Source: a virus
Lineage: Duplodnaviria; Caudoviricetes
Reading direction: 5' to 3' (one strand)
DNA: 27,699 nt
Virus record (IMG/VR): IMGVR_UViG_3300043442_001092
Location: 1 to 27,699 of that record
Of this stretch, positions 1 to 6,624 are shown piece after piece; the first letter of the stretch is position 1; each line of letters begins with the position of its first letter. Under the pieces are notes generated by a model. That model did no database searches, had not been told where the DNA came from, and worked only from the letters and a program-made list of their open reading frames with translations. The position numbers and the translations under genes are program-made.

Positions 1-130
1 ATCCGAATCTACCCCCGAGTCCCTCGCGCCAGAGGGACCCGCCCGGCGTTGCAACTGAGAATCAGTCGCAACAGAGGCGCCCGGGGGTGGGCCAGGGCCA
101 GCCGGCCGGCCGTCAATCCTGCCCCGGTTC

Positions 131-208
131 GCATCACAAACAGCCCCGCAAACAACAGGAGCAAGGCATCACAAACAGCAGCGCAAACAGCCACGCAAAC
201 AAACAGCC
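131..208. repeat. Cluster of CAAACA(G)C repeats, including two copies of GCATCACAAACAGC
   Basis: GCATCACAAACAGC at 131-144 and 166-179; CAAACAAC 149-156; CAAACAGC 184-191; CAAACAAACAGCC 196-208. A-rich island within very GC-rich DNA. Confidence 0.9.
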
Positions 209-240
209 CCACCCGATCAAACGGGCAGGGCTCGCCACAT

Positions 241-271
241 AAAAAGGCCCCCGCCGGGTGAGGGCGGGGGC
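241..271 (-). terminator. Rho-independent terminator of the GC-rich minus-strand operon
   Basis: 9-bp stem GCCCCCGCC (247-255)/GGCGGGGGC (263-271) followed on the minus strand by a U-tract (AAAAA at 241-245 on +), about 25 nt after the stop at 296. Confidence 0.88.
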
Positions 272-295
272 TCGGATTGTCAGGGGCCCAGGCCG

Positions 296-1411
296 TCACC
301 ACCCGAGGGTGACCACCCCATCCGGGAGCTCCTGCGGCAGGCCGTGGGGCGTTAGGTGGAACGGTGCGGCCTCGGGCCCTGCCCCACGGCTGGCCTTGCT
401 CCTAAGGATCACAGCCACGCCCCCGGGCTCCCGGTAGCGGTGGTCTGAGAGGTCACCGTTAACGGTGGGGACCTGCAGGGTGCGGCCACCGGCCGTAAGG
501 GTGAGGGTGCGGGGCAGGGCCTGACCCCGGGCCAGGGCCACCGGTACGGCCAGGCGGAACCCGTCAGCGAGGGCGGCCAGGGCGTCAGCGGCGGCCGTGG
601 CCCTGTCAGCGGCCAGGCTGGCCGTAACGTCCCAGCCGGCGGCCCTTTGCGCCTGCAGGCCGAGGGGGCCGGTCAGGGGCGCCTTGCTGTAGTCGTAGAG
701 GGTGAGGCCCTCGGCGCGGGCGGGGGCCAGGGCCTCGGCCAGGGTCACAGCCTCACCCGGGGCCACGGGCAGGCCAAACCGGCGGCCGAGGGCCTGAGCC
801 TCGGCAGGGGTGACGGTCAGGGCCAGGCGATGCCACCCGATACGGGGGCCTTCATCGGTCCCGCGGAGCCTGACGGCCAGGCTCAGGGCCTCGGCCTGAG
901 CTCGGCGCCACTGCCACCCGATCGCCCATAGGACGGCCCGGCCGTACGTGACGGGGTCCGCCACCATTGCGAGGGTGCGGCGGCCCCGGGCCAGGGCCAC
1001 CCCTGTGCCGAGCCCGCCGCGGCCGCTGTAATTCAGGCAGCCGGCCTCACATGCTCGGGTGGCCCACGGGCAGCCCATATGGGCCAGGGCGGCGGCTGTG
1101 AGGCCCTCGGCCTCGGCCAGGGCGGCCAGGGCGGGCAGGTGGGCCCGGGCGGCCACAGGGTGGGCGGTGGTGGTGGTGACGGCGGCGGCCAGGGCCCGGG
1201 CGGGCAGGTGGTGGAGGATCACGGCGGCCCCGTGACCGAGGGCGGCCCCTTTGGACAGCTTCGGATTGGCCCCGGTCAGGAGCCCGGGCAGGGTGAGCCC
1301 AAACCGGGCCAGGAGCTCGGTCACGTCAGAGGGCAGGGCCAGGGGGGCTGTAGGGCGGGTGAGGATCACGGCAGGTAAGCGGCAAGGGTGGGCGGTGGCG
1401 GTGAGGGCCAC
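296..1411 (-). CDS. GP88-family (gene product 88, radical-SAM-like Cys motif) phage protein
   Basis: Ordered motifs match the family as I recall it: NPKLSKG, CPWATRACEAGCLNYSGRG (Cx6Cx3C), RRT, AVRLRGT, YDYSK, VNGDLSDHRY, GVAVILRSK. Confidence 0.78.
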   Translation of the reverse strand: MALTATAHPCRLPAVILTRPTAPLALPSDVTELLARFGLTLPGLLTGANPKLSKGAALGHGAAVILHHLPARALAAAVTTTTAHPVAARAHLPALAALAEAEGLTAAALAHMGCPWATRACEAGCLNYSGRGGLGTGVALARGRRTLAMVADPVTYGRAVLWAIGWQWRRAQAEALSLAVRLRGTDEGPRIGWHRLALTVTPAEAQALGRRFGLPVAPGEAVTLAEALAPARAEGLTLYDYSKAPLTGPLGLQAQRAAGWDVTASLAADRATAAADALAALADGFRLAVPVALARGQALPRTLTLTAGGRTLQVPTVNGDLSDHRYREPGGVAVILRSKASRGAGPEAAPFHLTPHGLPQELPDGVVTLGW

Positions 1412-1441
1412 AGGGGCCCCCGTGGGGGCCTGTGAGGCCGT

Positions 1442-1657
1442 CTAGTCGCGGTCACTGATCAGCCACCGGGTGGCCGGCGGTGGCGGTGGGGCCAGGCCGG
1501 CCCGTACGGCCTCACGGTGGGCGGCCTCGGCAGCCACCGCGGCGGCATGCCGGCGGATCAGCTCGGCAAGCCACGGGGCCCCCGGGGTGGCCAGGCCCAC
1601 GGGGTGGCCGGTGGCGCTCCTGACCGTGGCCAGGGGCGGGCGGGTGGGGCCTGTCAT
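1442..1657 (-). CDS. Hypothetical protein (71 aa, ends WLISDRD)
   Basis: ATG at 1657 is coupled to the upstream stop (TGATG); codon usage matches the neighbouring genes. Confidence 0.65.
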   Translation of the reverse strand: MTGPTRPPLATVRSATGHPVGLATPGAPWLAELIRRHAAAVAAEAAHREAVRAGLAPPPPPATRWLISDRD

Positions 1658-1893
1658 CACAGCCCCCACGCTTGATAAGCCACGGTAGGCAGGGCAGCCG
1701 CACCCCATAGGGGCTGTGAGTCTGCAGCCAGGCCCACCCGGCGGCCGTGCTGATCAGCGGCCCATGCGTGAGGCAGCCGGCAACCGGCGGGCGGCGGCCC
1801 GTAGGTTGCCTGCCGGCGGCGGCCGGCCAGGGTGAGCCAGGCCCGGTAGCGGCCCGGGCCCACCTGCCGGGTGCGGATCACGTACGGGGTCAC
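1657..1893 (-). CDS. Hypothetical protein (78 aa)
   Basis: GTG start overlaps the stop of 1890-2660 (GTGA); its stop overlaps the next start. Confidence 0.6.
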   Translation of the reverse strand: MTPYVIRTRQVGPGRYRAWLTLAGRRRQATYGPPPAGCRLPHAWAADQHGRRVGLAADSQPLWGAAALPTVAYQAWGL

Positions 1894-2660
1894 AGCAGCC
1901 CCCGGGCGGGATCGAGGGCGGCCACTACGGCCGGGCAGCCACCGAGGGCGGCCAGGGCCAGGGCCACCCCGGCGGGGTCAGGCTGGCCCGGGTGACGGGC
2001 AGCCACGGCGGCGGCCTCGGCTGTGAGCTGCCACCCGGCGGCCTGTGCGGCGGCCAGGGCCCCGGCGGGGCTGAAGGTATCGGGCAGGGTGAGCACCACC
2101 TGCCCGAGGGGGTCCAACAGGGCCACCGGGCCGGCCGAACGTATGGGGCCCATGATTCCCCACCCGGCCACCACCGGCCGCACAGGGGCGGCCCCCGTGG
2201 CCATCCGGGCCAGGGCGGCGGGCAGGGCCAGGGCCTCGGCATCGCCACCACCGGCCAGGGCGGCCAGGAGCTCACGGCAGGCGGTGACGGCCAGGGCGGC
2301 CCGGTCACCGTGGGCCAGGGCCAGGCCCTCGCCGGGGGTGAGGGCCGCCACGTACGCGTAGGACTCACCGCCATCCAATGAGCCAGGGGCGGGCAGTATC
2401 CGCCACGGCAGGCCCTCCCGGGCCAGCAGAGCGGCGGCGGCGGCATCCGGGCCCTCGGCGGCCGGTACGGCCAGGCGGGCGGCCCTCTCCCGGGGGCCAC
2501 GCTTAAGGGTGGCGACCCACTGCCCCCGGCCGTGGGAGTCGCATCCGTAGCGCACGACCACGGCGGGCCGGGAGCCCACCACGGGGGCGTGGGCGGCATC
2601 CGTGGCCACCCGGTCACGGCCGAGGGCGGCCAGGGCGGCGGGATCGTAGGGGTGAGGCAT
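1890..2660 (-). CDS. Hypothetical protein (256 aa, Ala-rich)
   Basis: Long ORF with ATG after a pyrimidine-rich leader; translationally coupled to the downstream ORFs. Confidence 0.75.
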   Translation of the reverse strand: MPHPYDPAALAALGRDRVATDAAHAPVVGSRPAVVVRYGCDSHGRGQWVATLKRGPRERAARLAVPAAEGPDAAAAALLAREGLPWRILPAPGSLDGGESYAYVAALTPGEGLALAHGDRAALAVTACRELLAALAGGGDAEALALPAALARMATGAAPVRPVVAGWGIMGPIRSAGPVALLDPLGQVVLTLPDTFSPAGALAAAQAAGWQLTAEAAAVAARHPGQPDPAGVALALAALGGCPAVVAALDPARGLL

Positions 2661-2725
2661 GGCAGCAAACGGTAAGGGGTGAGGGTGGCCCCGGCGGCCA
2701 GGGCGGCCGGGGCGGGGTGAGGGGC

Positions 2726-2938
2726 TCAGGCCAGGGCGGCCAGGAGCTCGGCGCGGCGGCCGTACGTGTAGAAGCGGCGGCTGAACCGGCGGGACTGAGC
2801 GGCCAGGCGGCGGAGCTCAGCCACGGTCAGGGCCTCGAGCTCAAGCGATGCGGCCGGCGGCAGGGCCAGGGGTGCCGGGGCGGTGGCGGCCCACAGGCGG
2901 GCGGCCAGGGCGTGGCAAAGGGCGATCAGGCGGAGCAT
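2726..2938 (-). CDS. Small protein with a Rho_N/SAP-like helix-extended-helix nucleic-acid-binding domain
   Basis: C-terminus LEALTVAELRRLA...GRRAELLAAL fits the Rho_N pattern LxxxTVxELRxLA...RKxELIxxL; ATG at 2938. Confidence 0.65.
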   Translation of the reverse strand: MLRLIALCHALAARLWAATAPAPLALPPAASLELEALTVAELRRLAAQSRRFSRRFYTYGRRAELLAALA

Positions 2939-2969
2939 GGCAAGCGTTAAGGGTGAGGGTGGGCAGGGC

Positions 2970-3143
2970 TCAGAACGACGGCCGGATGTTGTGGCATTGA
3001 TCCTGATCCCACCCGGCGGCCAGGCATTCGGCCACCCGGTGGGACTGATCAATCGCGCGGGCACCCTGAATGGCCAGCATTGTGCCGCCGGCAACAGCGA
3101 TCAGGGCCAGGCAGGCGGTGGTGAGGCTCAGCTCGCGGGGCAT
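2970..3143 (-). CDS. Small membrane/secreted protein (57 aa)
   Basis: MPRELSLTTACLALIAVAGGTMLAI hydrophobic N-terminus and a Cys pair in the C-terminal part; ATG at 3143. Confidence 0.65.
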   Translation of the reverse strand: MPRELSLTTACLALIAVAGGTMLAIQGARAIDQSHRVAECLAAGWDQDQCHNIRPSF

Positions 3144-3251
3144 GGCAGGCAAGGGTAAGGGGCAACGATGCGGCCGGGTGATCCGGCCTGCGGCCATCCT
3201 GAGACCGCCACCCCCGGGGATGCCTGAGCGGGGGTGACGGTTTTTCGGCCG

Positions 3252-4079
3252 TCACACTACGGCCCGAGCCCGGGCGGCCCGGCATGCGGCAAGGGCCCGC
3301 TCCTGAGCCACGGTCACCGGCGGCAAGGCGGCCAGGGCCACCGCGGCGGCCTGCAGACAATCCGAGGGCAGGTAATCCAGCGCCTGAGCCACCGGCCAGG
3401 CCCCGGCCATCACCGGGCCATCCGAGGCCCACGCACCGGGCAGGGTGAGGCCCGCACCCCGTACGGCCTGAGCGATGGGCCACAGGGTGGCCACCCGCTC
3501 ACCCTGCAGGGCCACCCGGGCCCGGGCCTCGGGGGTGCCGGGATCCCACGGCTGGCCGGCCAGGGTGTCACCCGCGGCAGGGCGGCGGCCACCCTGCGGC
3601 AGGCCGAGCTCACGGCCGAGGGTGCGGGCCAGGGCGGCCAGGCTCACAGGGCGGCCGGCGGCGGCATCACGGCGGAGCTCGGGCAGGGTGGGCTCAGGGG
3701 CGGGCCAGGCCGGGGGCTCGGGCGGCAGGGCCTCACCCGGGAGGGTGGGGCGGGTGCGGGTGAGCTCCTGAGCGGCCACAGGATCGGCCACAGGGGCAGG
3801 GGCAGGGGCCGGGGCAGGCTCGGCCACAGGCTCAGGAGCGGCCGGGGCCTCGGCCCACGGATCCTCCACCACGGGGGCCAGGCGGGCGGTCGAGCCCGGG
3901 CCCCACTTCGCTAGCTGTTTGGCGGCCAGATCCGGGCGGCCGGCCCACGACTGAGGCCATGCCTGGCCGAGGGCGGGGTCACCGGTCACCACCACCGCCA
4001 CATAGGTGCGGGCGGTGCGGCGGGTGATACGGGTGCCGGTGGCGGGATCGAGGGCGGTGATGGTGCGGGTTTGGGCCAC
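3252..4079 (-). CDS. Hypothetical early protein (275 aa, Pro/Ala-rich linker)
   Basis: GTG at 4079 follows a putative promoter; globular-looking N-terminus (TRRTARTYVAVVV...WAGRPDLAAK), then a PAPAPAP linker. Confidence 0.7.
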   Translation of the reverse strand: MAQTRTITALDPATGTRITRRTARTYVAVVVTGDPALGQAWPQSWAGRPDLAAKQLAKWGPGSTARLAPVVEDPWAEAPAAPEPVAEPAPAPAPAPVADPVAAQELTRTRPTLPGEALPPEPPAWPAPEPTLPELRRDAAAGRPVSLAALARTLGRELGLPQGGRRPAAGDTLAGQPWDPGTPEARARVALQGERVATLWPIAQAVRGAGLTLPGAWASDGPVMAGAWPVAQALDYLPSDCLQAAAVALAALPPVTVAQERALAACRAARARAVV

Positions 4080-4232
4080 AACAGATAAAGGCAACGGGTG
4101 CCCGCGAAGCATGCCGAGGCACCCCGCCGGATCCCGGGGCGCCTGTGCCACTTTTTCAGGCGGCCCCGTTGCCCTGGCCACGGCCACCCCGGGCAGGGTG
4201 CGGGGGCCACCCGGTCACCACCGGCGGCCCGT

Positions 4233-4255
4233 GGCTGTTTGCATCACAAACAGCC
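4233..4255. repeat. Palindrome GGCTGTTTG-CATCA-CAAACAGCC; 4241-4255 is identical to 131-145
   Basis: Perfect 9-bp inverted arms with a 5-nt spacer; exact 15-bp direct repeat GCATCACAAACAGCC. Confidence 0.9.
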
Positions 4256-4439
4256 GCACACAGTAAGGATAGAAAACACCTAGCACGGTTGCGCTAACGG
4301 TCGCCAGACCGTGGCCTCGCTGCGCATCAACAACTCCGCCGCACGGTTTTTCACACCGTCGGCCGCACCGGTTTGGGTAGCTAACTGCCCATCACACTAC
4401 CGGCATGTGCGCCCATAACGATACCGGCATGGCCGCAAT

Positions 4440-4490
4440 GGTACACCAGTGCTACCTAGTACACCTGTACTACTCTAGTACGTTTGTACG
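4440..4490. promoter_or_regulatory. Three tandem cyanobacterial LexA (SOS) box-like sites
   Basis: GGTACACCAGTGCT (4440-4453, one mismatch), AGTACACCTGTACT (4458-4471) and AGTACGTTTGTACG (4477-4490) versus the cyanobacterial LexA consensus RGTAC-NNND-GTWCB. Confidence 0.7.
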
Positions 4491-4561
4491 GGTGTGTGCG
4501 CCTATTCCTGGCGCGGTCCTTCACTATACCAGCAGCATGCGCTGCTGCCTTGTGCAGTGAT

Positions 4562-4658
4562 GGGGGGGAGGGGCTTTTAAACGGCTCAAGTTGTGTGTGT
4601 AAAAACAACACTAAAAACACCCTTTAAAAGCCGACCCCCCGCAGGTCCCTAAAAGCCG
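4562..4658. other. Candidate genome terminus/packaging site (inverted repeats with G- and C-tracts)
   Basis: GGCTTTTAAA (4572-4581) and TTTAAAAGCC (4623-4632) form an inverted pair flanked by G7 and C6 tracts around an A-rich core; TAAAAGCCG is repeated at 4625 and 4650. Confidence 0.4.
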
Positions 4659-4831
4659 GCAGGCCGCGAGTCCCCAAACGAAAACTCGAGGCAGGCTTCA
4701 ACCAGCTCGTCGTCGGTGGCAGCCATCAGGTCGTCGCGCAGCTCGAGCATTTGATCTTCGAAGATGTCGCCAGACTTCACCATCGCAGCCACCAGGCCGG
4801 CAACGACGTCAATGCGCTCGTCGTGTGTCAT
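4649..4831 (-). CDS. Hypothetical acidic protein (60 aa)
   Basis: ORF with ATG and typical codon usage, in an operon with the upstream ORF. Confidence 0.7.
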   Translation of the reverse strand: MTHDERIDVVAGLVAAMVKSGDIFEDQMLELRDDLMAATDDELVEACLEFSFGDSRPAGF

Positions 4832-4837
4832 GTCAGT

Positions 4838-5065
4838 TCAAGCAAAGGCGGGAGCTGCGTGATCATTGGCCTCGAGCTGCTCAGCCAGGCGCTCGGCACT
4901 GTCAAACACCGCAAGCCAAGCCGTGGTTGGTGGTTGGTAGCTGATGCTGTAGAGGTCGTTGCTCAAGCCATGAGCCTCGATGTGCCAGCCAGCGTCGTGC
5001 AGGGCACGGATCACCTGCTGGGCGTAGTCGCGGGTCTTGTTGAGGGTGAGCTCGCGGGTAATCAT
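4838..5065 (-). CDS. Hypothetical protein (75 aa)
   Basis: ATG at 5065 downstream of a promoter-like element at 5093-5136. Confidence 0.7.
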   Translation of the reverse strand: MITRELTLNKTRDYAQQVIRALHDAGWHIEAHGLSNDLYSISYQPPTTAWLAVFDSAERLAEQLEANDHAAPAFA

Positions 5066-5145
5066 GACGGGTAAGCGGTAAGCGCTGAGGGAACAGTAAG
5101 CGGCCACCAGTACCCCGGCAGCCGCATCGTTACAAACCGAAACGA

Positions 5146-5499
5146 TCAGCTTCCAGTGCTGAGGCTCACGTACACAGTCGGCCGATCGACGGCCACGCCC
5201 TTCTGCTGCTCCTCCTTCTGCAGCTGACGCACGCGCAGCTGGAACGCTTCCATGTAGGCGCTGTAGCTCCAGTTGTGACGCACCTTGCGGGTGGCTTTGA
5301 AGCCGCCCAGCTCGATCCGGTCCAGCTGCTGCTGGGTCATGTGATTCAGCAGGAACTCGCGGTGCCGGCTGAGCTCAGCCTCAAGCTTCTGGATCCGCAG
5401 CTGCAGCTCGTGAGCCTTGGCGAGGCGACGGCCGACGCGGCCGGCCGGGGAGTAGGCCCGCTCTTGGCGGGTGGTGGTGGTGGTGGTGGTAACGGTCAT
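5146..5499 (-). CDS. Coiled-coil hypothetical protein (loosely Gp157/Gam-like)
   Basis: ELQLRIQKLEAELSRHREFLLNHM...IELGGFKATRK; ATG at 5499 followed by poly-Thr. The family resemblance is weak. Confidence 0.7.
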   Translation of the reverse strand: MTVTTTTTTTRQERAYSPAGRVGRRLAKAHELQLRIQKLEAELSRHREFLLNHMTQQQLDRIELGGFKATRKVRHNWSYSAYMEAFQLRVRQLQKEEQQKGVAVDRPTVYVSLSTGS

Positions 5500-5577
5500 G
5501 GTGCGCAGGTGAATTGCTGAACGCCCCGCAAGCATGGCCGCCAGCCGCTCCCAGCGGCCAGTAGTTGCAACAATTCG

Positions 5578-6348
5578 TTACCTACCCATCACCTCACGCA
5601 GCTTCTTCTCAACCAGCTCCGGGAAATACTGATACGCCAAGTTCTCAGTGATGCCATAAAAGTCATACTTCGGCTGCACTGTCGGCGGCTTCGGCAGTGT
5701 CTTGAACACCATCCCCAAGTCGCCACCTTTCCGCCGGTAGATGCCCGGCTTCAGTCCCTGGCCACCTCGACGTGGATCAGGCGAAATGAAAAACGAATCA
5801 CCGCCGCGGCGCTTCTTGGCGTACCCCGACAACGGAGACTCCATGGCACCAATTGCAAACAGGATCTTGGTGTATTGGCCAGGGCGAATGTTGCCGTACT
5901 CGTTGAGCAGATCAGCTACGTTGCCGTTTCGCTTCAGCGGCGTCAGATACTGGTTGCCATAAATCAACCCCATCCGCTGCACGCGTTTGGTGAAGCGGGT
6001 GACGTAAACCTCTTTCGCTCCACCGCTATCTCGTACTTGCGGAAACAGGTAGTAGCTCGGCGGCTGACCCTTGGCGCCATCCTCCGAAATCCAGAACCCC
6101 ATCTCGAGGTTGGACTTATCGCTCCGCACCCACGGCTTGTAACCCTTGGCACCCCACCTCACGCTGTTGAGCGTGAACGGCACCGGGTTGTTGAATGTCT
6201 GCCCCATGCGCTGCTTGTGGGCATCGCGGATCTGCGGCGCCATCGTGTTGAGCGCCCAGCTCATCACGAACGGCATCTGCACGCGCTCGAGGTAGGTCAA
6301 GTTCTTGACCAGAGCTTCGGCGTCGAAGGTGATGGTGCGGCCGGCCAT
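5578..6348 (-). CDS. Conserved basic phage protein of the type usually encoded just before the packaging site/terminase genes
   Basis: QMPFVMSWALN...FNNPVPFTLNSV...YLFPQV..GG...LNEYGNI...GIYRR...PKYDFY pattern recognised from memory; function unverified. Confidence 0.6.
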   Translation of the reverse strand: MAGRTITFDAEALVKNLTYLERVQMPFVMSWALNTMAPQIRDAHKQRMGQTFNNPVPFTLNSVRWGAKGYKPWVRSDKSNLEMGFWISEDGAKGQPPSYYLFPQVRDSGGAKEVYVTRFTKRVQRMGLIYGNQYLTPLKRNGNVADLLNEYGNIRPGQYTKILFAIGAMESPLSGYAKKRRGGDSFFISPDPRRGGQGLKPGIYRRKGGDLGMVFKTLPKPPTVQPKYDFYGITENLAYQYFPELVEKKLREVMGR

Positions 6349-6361
6349 GGGCCCTCCTACG

Positions 6362-6385
6362 AAAAAGCCCCGCGCTGGGCGAGGC
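6362..6385 (-). terminator. Rho-independent terminator after the replication operon
   Basis: Minus strand reads GCCTCGC-CCAGC-GCGGGGC-TTTTT. Confidence 0.6.
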
Positions 6386-6410
6386 AGGTGACTCTTCCGA
6401 CAGCCCGACT

Positions 6411-6623
6411 CTAGCCGGGTCTGACGTTCCGCGCATCAGCCACGTAGACGGTCCGCTGCTCCTTCCCCACCCAGACGGCCCCAGAAGGCCCGTGGAGGCC
6501 CTGCCAGGTGCCCGAGGCCCATCCGTGGCCCATGTAGACCTTCACGGCCGCTCCCGGGTGCAGGACGGGCCATCTGGTGGGGCTGCCGGCAAGGCGCTGG
6601 TGGTCGGAGATGGGCTTGGGCAT
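6411..6623 (-). CDS. Hypothetical protein (70 aa, SH3-like beta pattern)
   Basis: GAAVKVYMGHGWASGTW...VWV...TVYVADARNVR; ATG at 6623. Confidence 0.6.
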   Translation of the reverse strand: MPKPISDHQRLAGSPTRWPVLHPGAAVKVYMGHGWASGTWQGLHGPSGAVWVGKEQRTVYVADARNVRPG

Positions 6624-6624
6624 C

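Noticed and set aside
131-208. CRISPR-like mini-array
   Set aside because: Repeats are only 8-14 bp with irregular short spacing, and no cas genes are present.
9-302. ORFs 9-302 (-) and 49-261 (+)
   Set aside because: They run through the terminator and the repeat array; their low-complexity translations are explained by the repeats.
647-4283. Many plus-strand and alternate-frame ORFs in the GC-rich block (e.g. 3234-3914, 1925-2668)
   Set aside because: These are shadow ORFs caused by stop-codon scarcity at high GC. One minus-strand set tiles the region with coupled starts and stops.
5470-5490. (GGT)7 microsatellite as a phase-variation tract
   Set aside because: It is a triplet repeat encoding N-terminal poly-Thr, so slippage would keep the frame.
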